A stretch of DNA of 64,000 nt from the NCBI GenBank assembly GCA_949292985.1, contig CASFBF010000010.1, positions 164,585 through 228,584 of the forward strand. Reading direction: 5' to 3'. Below the pieces are notes generated by a model, which was not told the DNA's origin, searched no databases, and saw only the letters and a list, made by a program, of their open reading frames with translations. This DNA comes from an uncultured Bacillota bacterium (GTDB lineage: Bacteria; Bacillota; Clostridia; Christensenellales; UBA1242). The position numbers and the translations under genes are program-made. This document shows positions 50,245 to 59,862 of the stretch, piece after piece. The first letter of the stretch is position 1, and every line of letters starts with the position of its first letter.

Positions 50245-53200
50245 ATGAAATCTATATACAAGTATTATAAAGAACGCTTAATTGAAATAAGTGGTAAAAA
50301 CAGAAGTTTATACTCAAAAAATTTAAGCAAAAAATACGCTTATGACATTGGTGCGATTATTGGCGACGACGGAAAAGAGTTTGACGAATTCTTCACTTTT
50401 TTGTGGAAAGGTAAGCGCACCTCCTTCCCGCTTATAAGAAAAGAAATTAAAGATAATATTTTTAAAAACTTTAACCTTGAAGAAAAAATTCAAGCATCTT
50501 TTTTAGACACCACAAACCTTTCCGCCGAAGAAAAAAGAAACGAAAATTTGCGCAGAGAAAGAATTAAGCGTGAAGAAATTAAAAAAGCACTCACTGGTCA
50601 GGTTACAAAATTAAAAGCATTAAAACGAGAAGTGGAAGAATTTGCAAAGGAAACAGGAAGATATGAAATGTTCGTGGGCTATCCATTTGTTACCGGATAC
50701 ATAAATAAAGATTTGCAAATTAAAGCACCACTGATTCTTTTCCCTGTTGTAATCAATATAGAAAGCGACAGTGTGGTTTCAATAGAAGCAAAACACGACG
50801 AACTTGTGCAATTTAACAAAGTTCTTATGCTGGCATATGCCAAAGAGCATCGCCTAAATTGCGACGGAATGTTAACTGAATTTGACAACCTTTTAGATTA
50901 TAAATTGAAGAGCGTAAAAGATGTTATGGAATATCTCAGCGCATACGGCTTTAAATTTGAACTGCCTAAAAATTTTGGCGACAAAATGGTTAAGTTTGAA
51001 AAACTTCCAGAGCCTTCCTATCGTGATGACGCCCTAAAAATTCACAATGCCTGTGTGATTGGAAGATTTCCACTTGCAAACGCTATATACAACGATTACA
51101 CACTTTTAGAGAAGAAAAAACTTTCATCAGAAGCGATTGACGAACTGCTTTTAACAAAGCCTTCTAAAAAAATTCGTAGATATGATGAGCGTGTGTTTAC
51201 AATAAATGACCTAGATTATGCACAAGAAAACGCTATTGAAAAATTGAACCAATCAGGCAACCTTGTAATCTACGGCCCCCCAGGAACTGGCAAATCACAA
51301 ACCATAGTTAATATAATTTCCGATGCCCTGTGCAAAGATAAAAAAGTTTTGGTGGTTTCGCAAAAAAAAGCAGCGTTAGATGTTGTATTCAACCGACTTA
51401 AAGCCTTAAATTCAAAATGTATGTTTATTACCGATGCTGAAAAAAATAAAGTTGCATTTTATGAACGCTGTAATAAAATGCATAATGCTTTGATGGAAAA
51501 CTACCGCCCAGCAGAAGAAAACGATGATTTTGAACAAGTTGAAAAAAATTTAAACCATGAACTTAACGAACTGGAAACAATTTCTGACACCCTGTTCACA
51601 AAAACACCATTTGGTTTAACTTTGCAAGAGATGTATACAAACTCTGCCAAAATTGGGAAAAACAGTTTTGACTATACTTTATACAAGCAAATGCTTAAAA
51701 ACTCTTACATAATGAAAATGAACTATAAGCGCCTGTATTCAACCGTGCGTGTTATAAAAGAGAAAAACAAAAGCGGTTTATATTACAGATATATAATGCT
51801 TAAAAAGAACAACCCCCTTATTGACCACATTAAATCTAATGTTGACATACATGTTATCAATCAAATGAAAACCTATTTAAACACCTTACTTCAAAGAAAT
51901 ATCATTCCTTTTGATACAGCCAAAAACCCGCACGCAAGACAACTTATGGTTTACATGCTTGAAAACAATATTGAAGACGAAAATAAACTTCAACCACTTG
52001 TTCAAATGATTGCAAAAATAGAAAACCCTAAACTTAATGTTGCATTAAACTGGTCTAAAATTCTGTTGCCACTGTATCCTTTTATGAGATATAAAATGAA
52101 CAAAAAGCAATCTGAGTTAAAATCTCAATTTTCATCAACGCTGCAAGAGATGCGCCAATATATAACAAACTACACTCTGCTTGAAAAAGTTCTTGATAAA
52201 AAAGGATATTTGATGACGGTCGACAACATTATCAACGGCAACCCAACCTTTTTAAAACTTTTGTTAAATGCCTTAAATGATTATGTTGAAATTAGGGATA
52301 TGAATGTTGCGCTTCAAAGTTTAAGCGAAGATGAACGAGAACTTTTAAATTTTGCTTATCAAAACTCCACAAGCGCGAAACAATATCGTGAAATCATAGA
52401 TAAAATTTTAGAAATCAGAGTTTACCACGAAGCCATAACATATGAAGAAAAATACAAAGAGAAACTTTCAAAAATTATGGATTTCGAAAACATTCGAAAC
52501 AGAATTCTTTCACTTAAAGAAGAGCAAAAACAAATTGCAATTCAAATTTGCGCTGATAAATTTAAAGGCGATTATGTGGAGCACTTTAACAATAGTGCAG
52601 ATAATAAGAACTATTTATATCAAATCACGAAACAGCAAGGTTTGTTACCAATCAGAACGATGATGGAACTTTATGGTGATTATCTTCTAAAACTTTTCCC
52701 TTGTTGGCTGTTGTCCCCTGAAAGTGTTTCAACAATTTTCCCATTAAAGAAAAATATGTTTGATATAATTTTATTTGACGAAGCAAGTCAGGTGTTTATT
52801 GAAAATACTTTGCCAACAATTTATAGAGGTAAATATATTGTTGTAGCGGGTGACTCAAAACAACTTAGGCCGACTGCAACTTTCATGAAAAGATATTTGG
52901 GCAATGACAGCGATGATGAACTTGACCTTGCCACAATTGCAGCACTGGAAGTTGAAAGCCTTTTAGACCTTGCTACTTCAAGATACAACGCAGCAAACCT
53001 GACTTATCACTACCGAAGCAAAAGCGAAGAACTTATCAACTTTTCAAACCATGCTTTTTATGATGGCAAACTTCAAGTTGCACCAAACATTTCGAAAAAT
53101 GTTGGAGAAAAACCTATTGAAAGAATTAAAGTAAACGGCAGATGGCTTAACCGAAGAAATGAAGAAGAAGCCAATGCTGTTGTCATGCTTTTGAAAAAAC

Positions 53201-54069
53201 TTATCAAAAACAAACATAATCTTTCTTCAATTGGCATTATAACTTTTAACACCGAACAAGAAAATGCAATAGAAGATGCCATTGATAGAGATTGCGCAAA
53301 AGATAACGCTTTTAGAGATGCATATATCAGAGAACTTAACCGAAAGGAAAATGATGAAGATATTTCACTATTTATAAAAAATCTTGAAAATGTTCAAGGT
53401 GATGAGCGTGATATTATAATTTTCAGTATAGGTTATGCTCAAAACGAATACGGCAAGGTTGTTGCACACTTTGGTCCACTTTCTGTTGAAGGTGGTGAAA
53501 ACAGGCTTAATGTGGCCATAACCCGTGCAAAACAAAAAATATATGTGATAACTTCAATTGAACCAGAAGAACTTGCAGTGGAAGGAACAAAGAATGCAGG
53601 GCCAAAAATCTTTAAAAGTTATTTAAAATATGTTCGAGCAGTTTCAAACAAGAAAAACAAAGAGGCAGAATACATTTTAGATTCTTTTAAACCTAATCTT
53701 CCTCAAACAAATGATGTTATCGTTCTTAACCAACTTGAAAACGACATAAAGGCAGAACTTGTTAAATTAGGTTATGAAGTTGAAACAAATCTTGGCAACA
53801 CAAATTACAAGATTTCACTTGCAGTTTATGACAAAAAACTTGATAGATATCTTTTAGGCATTGAATGTGATTATGCTGCGTTCAAGAGTAGCGATTCAAT
53901 ATTAGAGCGTGATGTTTACAGAACCAAATTTCTCTCCTCTCGTGGTTGGAAAATTATGAGAGTTTGGAGTAGAGATTGGTGGCTGAATAAAAACAGAGTA
54001 ATCGCAAACATTGTTAAAGAAATTGCGTTAAGTAAGAAAAAACTTGAAAATAAAGGCTCAAAAAAATAA
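50245..54069 (+). CDS. DUF4011 / SF1 (Upf1-like) helicase / C-terminal Vsr-like nuclease protein
   Basis: ERLIEISGKNRSL and APLILFPV (DUF4011-like), GPPGTGKSQT, FDEASQ, GDSKQL, HYRS, ENVQGDERD, RLNVAITRA, C-terminal GIECD..ERD..R...L..RGWKIMRVWSRDW. Confidence 0.88.
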   Translation: MKSIYKYYKERLIEISGKNRSLYSKNLSKKYAYDIGAIIGDDGKEFDEFFTFLWKGKRTSFPLIRKEIKDNIFKNFNLEEKIQASFLDTTNLSAEEKRNENLRRERIKREEIKKALTGQVTKLKALKREVEEFAKETGRYEMFVGYPFVTGYINKDLQIKAPLILFPVVINIESDSVVSIEAKHDELVQFNKVLMLAYAKEHRLNCDGMLTEFDNLLDYKLKSVKDVMEYLSAYGFKFELPKNFGDKMVKFEKLPEPSYRDDALKIHNACVIGRFPLANAIYNDYTLLEKKKLSSEAIDELLLTKPSKKIRRYDERVFTINDLDYAQENAIEKLNQSGNLVIYGPPGTGKSQTIVNIISDALCKDKKVLVVSQKKAALDVVFNRLKALNSKCMFITDAEKNKVAFYERCNKMHNALMENYRPAEENDDFEQVEKNLNHELNELETISDTLFTKTPFGLTLQEMYTNSAKIGKNSFDYTLYKQMLKNSYIMKMNYKRLYSTVRVIKEKNKSGLYYRYIMLKKNNPLIDHIKSNVDIHVINQMKTYLNTLLQRNIIPFDTAKNPHARQLMVYMLENNIEDENKLQPLVQMIAKIENPKLNVALNWSKILLPLYPFMRYKMNKKQSELKSQFSSTLQEMRQYITNYTLLEKVLDKKGYLMTVDNIINGNPTFLKLLLNALNDYVEIRDMNVALQSLSEDERELLNFAYQNSTSAKQYREIIDKILEIRVYHEAITYEEKYKEKLSKIMDFENIRNRILSLKEEQKQIAIQICADKFKGDYVEHFNNSADNKNYLYQITKQQGLLPIRTMMELYGDYLLKLFPCWLLSPESVSTIFPLKKNMFDIILFDEASQVFIENTLPTIYRGKYIVVAGDSKQLRPTATFMKRYLGNDSDDELDLATIAALEVESLLDLATSRYNAANLTYHYRSKSEELINFSNHAFYDGKLQVAPNISKNVGEKPIERIKVNGRWLNRRNEEEANAVVMLLKKLIKNKHNLSSIGIITFNTEQENAIEDAIDRDCAKDNAFRDAYIRELNRKENDEDISLFIKNLENVQGDERDIIIFSIGYAQNEYGKVVAHFGPLSVEGGENRLNVAITRAKQKIYVITSIEPEELAVEGTKNAGPKIFKSYLKYVRAVSNKKNKEAEYILDSFKPNLPQTNDVIVLNQLENDIKAELVKLGYEVETNLGNTNYKISLAVYDKKLDRYLLGIECDYAAFKSSDSILERDVYRTKFLSSRGWKIMRVWSRDWWLNKNRVIANIVKEIALSKKKLENKGSKK

Positions 54070-54092
54070 TTACATTATCATTTTTCAATCGT

Positions 54093-54121
54093 TTGACATA
54101 ATAAAATTTGGGTAGTATAAT
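54093..54121 (+). promoter_or_regulatory. Consensus SigA promoter
   Basis: TTGACA-N17-TATAAT ahead of the AAGGAGG RBS of 54142. Confidence 0.85.
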
Positions 54122-54141
54122 TTCGGTATAAGGAGGAAAAT

Positions 54142-54462
54142 ATGGCAAACTCATCTAAATCATCAAAATCAAAATCCACTTCATCATCAAAAAGCGGAAT
54201 GTGGGGATTGAACAAAATTTCATTTTGGACGATTGTGGCTGTAACAATTCTTTATGCAGTTGCTCTTATTTTGGCTGCATGCGGAGTTACATCTGTTGCA
54301 GTTTCTGCCCTTCAAGGTGTGGCAGCGGCTATGATGATAATCATTGTTTCAATCTTGGCATGGAGATATGTAAAACCTAAACCAGCAGTTTGGAAAGTGC
54401 TTTACTTTGTGTGCTTGCTGATTGTTATTGCCGGCATCATTGTTCCACTTGTAATTGGATAA
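54142..54462 (+). CDS. Small three-TM membrane protein
   Basis: Strong RBS and promoter, three hydrophobic helices, downstream terminator at about 54465-54496. Confidence 0.8.
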   Translation: MANSSKSSKSKSTSSSKSGMWGLNKISFWTIVAVTILYAVALILAACGVTSVAVSALQGVAAAMMIIIVSILAWRYVKPKPAVWKVLYFVCLLIVIAGIIVPLVIG

Positions 54463-54517
54463 TTAAAAAAAACAGTCTTTTCTAGGCTGTTTTTTTAATT
54501 TATGATATAATTAAACT

Positions 54518-54970
54518 ATGAAATTTGCATTTTACAAATATGATTTTGGGTATATAAAAATCGGCTATGAAAACCGTAATGTTTTATTATTACAAAAATG
54601 CGAAACTCCCGACGAAGAAAATTCTCCTAACTGCTTTACAGACGAAGTAAATCTACAATTAAAGGAATATTTTAACGGGCAACGCAAAAAATTCGATATT
54701 CAATTTAAAATGCACGGCACTGAGTTTCAAAAAAAAGTTTGGAAGCAACTGTTAAAAATTCCCTATGGACAAACACGAACATATAAACAAATTGCTGAAA
54801 GCATAGGAAATGCAAAAGCCTGCCGTGCGGTCGGAATGGCGAACCATGCAAATCCTATCGCCATAATTATTCCCTGCCACAGAGTTATAGGCTCAAACGG
54901 CAACCTAACAGGCTACGCTGGTGGGTTAGAATTTAAAAAATATTTATTGCAAATAGAAAATGAAAATTAA
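54518..54970 (+). CDS. ogt: Methylated-DNA--protein-cysteine methyltransferase
   Basis: GTEFQKKVW, IPYGQTRTY, RAVG, active site IPCHRVIG. Confidence 0.95.
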   Translation: MKFAFYKYDFGYIKIGYENRNVLLLQKCETPDEENSPNCFTDEVNLQLKEYFNGQRKKFDIQFKMHGTEFQKKVWKQLLKIPYGQTRTYKQIAESIGNAKACRAVGMANHANPIAIIIPCHRVIGSNGNLTGYAGGLEFKKYLLQIENEN

Positions 54971-54977
54971 AAAATGG

Positions 54978-55877
54978 CTAGTCTGCCATTTTTTTGTTTA
55001 TATTCTGATAAATTTCTTCCGCTTTATTAAAAATTTTTGTTATCTCTTCTTGCGAACATGACTTTAATTTTTTACATTTTGGCATACCCCAAATGTTAAA
55101 AATTTTTGGACCAAACCATTCGCAATAACCATGTTCGCCAAAAATACCTTTTATTATTGACAAACTTGATTTTTTAGGTGAATTGAAAATTAGTTTCATA
55201 GGTACTTCAATAATTTTTGAAATAAATTTTGGAAAATTCTTCATAATGTTTGTATAACTTATTCCAGGATGAACTATTGCCAAATCAACTTTCTTGTTAT
55301 CTTTTAAAAGTTCCATCAACGAATACATAACAAATCTTTTTGAATTGCCATAAATTTTCTGGTCATCTTTGTTATTAGAATAGTCTATGTCTTTTTCATC
55401 GTATCTTGCATAAGTGTGCGCAATACTTGAAACTACAATAACTTTTGCCATCCCACTTTTTTCCAATAACGGCAACAATTTCTTTGTCATGTAATATGGC
55501 GCAATAAAGTTGACTTTAAAAATTATGTTGTAATCGCCTTTCTCATGCTCCACCGGCAGCCTGAACACTCCTGCATTGTGAACAAGAATATCAATGCGCG
55601 AAAGTTTTTTAAGTTTTTCCACGCATTTTTGCACATCTGCCATATTTGACAGATCGGCTTCTATGATTTCAACATTTAAATTTGCATGCTTTTCAAGCAG
55701 CGCGCTTTTAAGTTTTTCAAGCCCTTCTATGTTTCTGTCGATTGCAACAATATCCGCTCCAAGTCTCGCCAAATGAAAGCAACATTGCGTGCCGATGCCG
55801 CCCGCTGCCCCTGTAAGCACAGCGGTTTTGCCTTCAAGCGACGAAGTGTTTCGTTTAAACCAACCATTATATTCCAT
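54978..55877 (-). CDS. Short-chain dehydrogenase/reductase
   Basis: TGAAGGIG, HNAG, YGNSK, HPG. Confidence 0.92.
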   Translation of the reverse strand: MEYNGWFKRNTSSLEGKTAVLTGAAGGIGTQCCFHLARLGADIVAIDRNIEGLEKLKSALLEKHANLNVEIIEADLSNMADVQKCVEKLKKLSRIDILVHNAGVFRLPVEHEKGDYNIIFKVNFIAPYYMTKKLLPLLEKSGMAKVIVVSSIAHTYARYDEKDIDYSNNKDDQKIYGNSKRFVMYSLMELLKDNKKVDLAIVHPGISYTNIMKNFPKFISKIIEVPMKLIFNSPKKSSLSIIKGIFGEHGYCEWFGPKIFNIWGMPKCKKLKSCSQEEITKIFNKAEEIYQNINKKMAD

Positions 55878-55958
55878 GCTTTCACCTTTGTTTAATTATA
55901 TCATAAAACAAAAAATTGCACAAAAAAAACCATGAGTTAACATGGTTTTTTGTTTTAA

Positions 55959-56612
55959 TTATGCTTCTTGTTTTGGTTGCTCTTCTTTTGGAGCTTTGCC
56001 TTTGCCGATTATATAAAGCGCAACTGAAAGCCCTGCGACTGCTAAAAGCAAAGCTTCAACAACGCCAAACACAGCCGCAAAGATTACCGCACCATCGCAA
56101 GTTAATTCGTCCAAGCCATCCAGCGATGATGTTTCACCAAATGTGCTTAATTTAAACGCATCAATTTTCATAACTGCCGCACCGCTTGCGTTAAGTTCGC
56201 CCGCCCAAATGGCATCCCAACTTTCCTTGTCGCTTTTAAGTTCTGCCACAGCAGCATCATATTCTTCCTGCGTCATGTCTTGACTTGTTGTAAGCAACAA
56301 AATTTTGTTGCCGTTGCGAAGCGTCCAAAACTCGCCAGATTGCTGTTCGCTTTTTTCTTCGCCCGACTCATACGAGTAAACTATATTTGCTTTATTGCCG
56401 TTGAAGATGATTTTGTATTCTATTGTAACGCCGCCCTGCACGCCGTCTTCTTCTGTCAGGGTTTTGGTGAAAGAATATGCCATCCCCGTGCTGACTGGAC
56501 GAGCCAGCAAACCAATGTAGATTGCAAGGCCTGCAACGGCAATCACTACAGCCACAATCATCACTGGCAATTTTGCAAAAAACTTTTTTGCATTTGATAA
56601 AAATGTTTTCAT
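55959..56612 (-). CDS. Hypothetical membrane protein (N- and C-terminal TM helices)
   Basis: 217-aa ORF, AAGGAGGG RBS, TTGACA-N18-TATAAA promoter, terminator at about 55922-55951. Confidence 0.8.
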   Translation of the reverse strand: MKTFLSNAKKFFAKLPVMIVAVVIAVAGLAIYIGLLARPVSTGMAYSFTKTLTEEDGVQGGVTIEYKIIFNGNKANIVYSYESGEEKSEQQSGEFWTLRNGNKILLLTTSQDMTQEEYDAAVAELKSDKESWDAIWAGELNASGAAVMKIDAFKLSTFGETSSLDGLDELTCDGAVIFAAVFGVVEALLLAVAGLSVALYIIGKGKAPKEEQPKQEA

Positions 56613-56815
56613 TTTTCCCTCCTTAATTTTTTATACCATATTTTAGCCTTATATGTCAAACAATACGCGCATGCTACTTCGGCGCGACTTGTCACATAAA
56701 AAAACGCGCCAGCGCAAGCGCGATTTTCGTTTGGCCGCGAAAAGAAAATTTCCAGCGTCAGAGCGCAGCTTTTCGGGCAAAGCCCGAAAACAAGCAAACA
56801 GCGCAGAAATTTTAT

Positions 56816-56892
56816 TGGTGCGCCGCAAGGGATTCGAACCCCTGACCTTTGGTTCCGTAGACCAACGCTCTATCCAGCTGAGCTAGCGGCGC
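56816..56892 (-). tRNA. tRNA-Arg(ACG)
   Basis: GCGCCGCTAGCTCAGCTGGATAGAGCGTTGGTCT-ACG-GAACCAAAGGTCAGGGGTTCGAATCCCTTGCGGCGCACCA. Confidence 0.97.
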
Positions 56893-57062
56893 ATAAATTA
56901 TTAGAAAGAATGAATTTAAAATTAAGTTTTCATTGTTCGAAGAAAGGAGAGAGCGTAAACGCTCATTAGAACGAGTTTGAGTGACGCTGCTTGCAAGCGT
57001 AGATCAAGCGAGTTCGCATCAAAAATTTTAATTTTTGATATCCAGCTGAGCTAGCGGCGCAT
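56871..57062 (-). repeat. 24-bp direct repeat of the tRNA-Arg 5' end flanking a 144-bp palindromic insert
   Basis: TATCCAGCTGAGCTAGCGGCGCAT at 56871..56894 and 57039..57062. Confidence 0.92.
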
Positions 57063-57076
57063 GTTTAAACTTTGAT

Positions 57077-57105
57077 ATTATATCAAATTTATTTAAAAAT
57101 GTAAA
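57077..57105 (-). promoter_or_regulatory. SigA promoter for the tRNA-Arg locus
   Basis: Minus strand TTTACA-N17-TATAAT with extended TG, upstream of the duplicated tRNA 5' fragment. Confidence 0.75.
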
Positions 57106-57165
57106 TGTTTTTCAATATTTGTTAAATAATTATTAAAAAAAATGCTAAAATATAGCATTTTTATA

Positions 57166-57942
57166 TTACGACCCAGCGCTTTTATATCTTTTTAACGCAA
57201 ATCTAAAAAATAGATATGCAGGTATTATAATTATCATTCCATATATAGGAGTTAAAAACCCTCCCCAAATGCTATCATTCATACCTATTATATAATGCAA
57301 AGGGAAGAAATTAAAACAAGCAAAAGGAATAATGTAAGTGAAAAACTTTCTAAAAATATTATCTCCATATAAGTCAATAGGATATTGCAATAAATCTCTT
57401 CCGCCGTTCGTCAAAATGTTCAAGACCTCACTTTCCCCCACAGTGAACACGCTTATGCCTGCAGAAACAAGAAATAATGAAAACACAATCACAATGCCAG
57501 ATATTATTGTAAATGCCAAACAAAAACCTTTCAAAACAGTCCATTCAATAGATGAGTTTGCAAGTCCAGAAACAAGCACAACAACGCCTACTGCTGCCCT
57601 ACCTAGTTTTGTAAAGTCTTGTTCGTAACTAAGTGTTTGCTTTAAAATCGATCTTGGCCTTGACAAGAATTTATCAAGTTCGCCTGTTTTTATAAATTTA
57701 GGAAAATGGTCAATTCCTCTCGCAAAGCATTCAACCAACGAAAAACAAATCATCACTATTCCAAATGTGATATAAAAGTTGTACTTTTCATATCCACCTA
57801 AACTATTAAATGCACCTAAAACAATCTCCAAACTTAAAAAATCAAAAAGCGTAACTAAAATGTTGTTTAATACAAAAAACAAAGTGTTAACGCGATATTG
57901 TAGCAAAGATTTAAAATTTATTGAAATGTTTTTGAAATACAT
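57166..57942 (-). CDS. ABC-2 family permease (DUF990-like)
   Basis: GELDKFLSRPRS, QYPIDLY, ALKRYKSAGS C-terminus. Confidence 0.88.
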   Translation of the reverse strand: MYFKNISINFKSLLQYRVNTLFFVLNNILVTLFDFLSLEIVLGAFNSLGGYEKYNFYITFGIVMICFSLVECFARGIDHFPKFIKTGELDKFLSRPRSILKQTLSYEQDFTKLGRAAVGVVVLVSGLANSSIEWTVLKGFCLAFTIISGIVIVFSLFLVSAGISVFTVGESEVLNILTNGGRDLLQYPIDLYGDNIFRKFFTYIIPFACFNFFPLHYIIGMNDSIWGGFLTPIYGMIIIIPAYLFFRFALKRYKSAGS

Positions 57943-57945
57943 GTC

Positions 57946-58761
57946 TTACCCTCCCTGAACTACAACTTTTTTAAACATACGGTTTAATATCAGTTTGCCA
58001 ATTATCATAAGTCCGATAATCCAAGCCACTTGAATTCCTATTTGAATTCCTATTTGAGACAAACTGATCGAGCCGATATATGTTTGGTAGCATAAGTCAC
58101 TTGTATATCTAAATGGAAAAAATGATATTATGTCTTGCAGCCATTTTGGCATTAAAGGAATTGGCATGAAAAATCCAGAAAGAAAACCATGAATTACATT
58201 AAAAAAACTTATACATGCTTTATCTGAAAGTGTCTTCATTACAACCATATATATAAACATGACTATTACAGTACTTAAAATCAAACCTGTAAAAATTGTA
58301 ACTAAAAACAAAACAAAATTAGGCACGCTTGCAGGCAAACTTAATCCAATATTTGTTCCGCTTAAAGCAAAGCCAAGCACAATTATTGGTAAAAATCTTA
58401 ATGTTGCCGCACTTAATTTTTTAGCGCAGGTTGAAGCAAACCATTTATTATAAACATTGATTGGTCGAACAAGTTCATAACTGATTCCTCCATTTAAAAT
58501 ATCTGTGACAATTTCAGAATTGAATGATAAATAAAATGTTGCCATGAATGCCTGTTGCAACCAAATATAAGACATCATTTGAGGTTGTGTAAAGTTTGGG
58601 TTTGTATGCCCAAAACTAAACAGCGTTGAGAAAAGCAGAACTTGCATAAAGCCCCAAAAAACCTGCGTTAAAATACCTGAAAGCGCCGCTCCCCTGTAAG
58701 CAAGTCCAGCAATAAAATGTGTTTTGAAGATTTTTGGATATGGAGAAGATAATTTTCTCAT
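57946..58761 (-). CDS. ABC-2 family permease (DUF990-like)
   Basis: GGISYELVRP, FLSGFFMPIPLMP, VVVQGG C-terminus. Confidence 0.88.
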   Translation of the reverse strand: MRKLSSPYPKIFKTHFIAGLAYRGAALSGILTQVFWGFMQVLLFSTLFSFGHTNPNFTQPQMMSYIWLQQAFMATFYLSFNSEIVTDILNGGISYELVRPINVYNKWFASTCAKKLSAATLRFLPIIVLGFALSGTNIGLSLPASVPNFVLFLVTIFTGLILSTVIVMFIYMVVMKTLSDKACISFFNVIHGFLSGFFMPIPLMPKWLQDIISFFPFRYTSDLCYQTYIGSISLSQIGIQIGIQVAWIIGLMIIGKLILNRMFKKVVVQGG

Positions 58762-59744
58762 ATTTGAAACTCCTGATACAAATTTGCAAGAACCTGCTCG
58801 ACATTAATAGGTTCTATGTTGATATCAATTATTTTAAATTGTGATAGTTCTTTAACTAAGTCTGGCAGATGAAATGCTTTTTCGCCAACATACTTTAATT
58901 TATATTTGTTAACATCGTGAAAAATCAACTCATAGTTTTTTAAGTTTATTTCGCCACAGTCAGATTCGAACTCGATGTTAATTATTTTGTTGTGGTCATA
59001 TTTATTTTTTATTGCGGTAAAAGTTCCCTGGTATAAAAGTTTTCCTTTACCAATCAAAATGATTTTATCAGTCAAAGCCTCAATATCGTTCATGTCATGA
59101 GTGGTTAAAATTACTGTTATTTTATATTTTTTGTTTATCTTCTTAATAAATTCTCTAACAGCAAGTTTTGTAACAGCATCAAGCCCAATTGTGGGCTCAT
59201 CTAAAAATAATATTTTTGGATTATGTAATAAAGAACCGCATAATTCACACTTCATTCTTTGTCCTAGAGACATTTGTCTTAACGGAACATTTAAAAGTTC
59301 TTTAATTTTTAATTCTTTATCTAATTCTTCTAAGCGTTGATTGTATTCTTCATCGCTAATTTTATATATTGATTTTAAAAGTTCAAAGGAATCTATTGCA
59401 GGCACGTCCCACCACAGTTGTGATCTTTGCCCAAAAACAACACCTATATTCTTAACAAACTTAACTCTGTCTTTATAAGGAACCATCCCATCTATTACAC
59501 ATTTACCTGAGGTTGGGGTTAATATTCCACTCATTATTTTAACCGTTGTACTTTTCCCTGCCCCATTAGGCCCTATGTAGCCTATAATTTCTCCTTCATT
59601 AACCTCAAAAGACACATCGTCCAGTGCTTTCTTTATCTCGTGCTTTCTTACGAATAGCGACTTGATTGCGGCCCAAAGTCCTTTGCTTCGTTTAAAGACT
59701 TTAAACTCTTTTGAAATGTTTTCAAGTTTTATTAGTGGTTCCAT
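58758..59744 (-). CDS. ABC transporter ATP-binding protein
   Basis: GPNGAGKST, SLGQRMKCE, LDEPTIGLD, TTHDM; ATG 59744 with GGAGG RBS. Confidence 0.93.
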   Translation of the reverse strand: MEPLIKLENISKEFKVFKRSKGLWAAIKSLFVRKHEIKKALDDVSFEVNEGEIIGYIGPNGAGKSTTVKIMSGILTPTSGKCVIDGMVPYKDRVKFVKNIGVVFGQRSQLWWDVPAIDSFELLKSIYKISDEEYNQRLEELDKELKIKELLNVPLRQMSLGQRMKCELCGSLLHNPKILFLDEPTIGLDAVTKLAVREFIKKINKKYKITVILTTHDMNDIEALTDKIILIGKGKLLYQGTFTAIKNKYDHNKIINIEFESDCGEINLKNYELIFHDVNKYKLKYVGEKAFHLPDLVKELSQFKIIDINIEPINVEQVLANLYQEFQI

Positions 59745-59862
59745 TGTTCCTCCTTCGTTTTTCTTCAAGTAACGCAAGGCAGTATGTCAGTTTACCACAT
59801 GGCTTAAGTAATGTCAATAGTTTTTTTGAATAAAATAAAAAAAGAAAGCAAAATTTATGCTT

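Noticed and set aside
56609-56886. ORFs 56653..56886 (+) and 56609..56797 (-)
   Set aside because: They overlap tRNA-Arg or the palindromic block, with no RBS or protein-like features.
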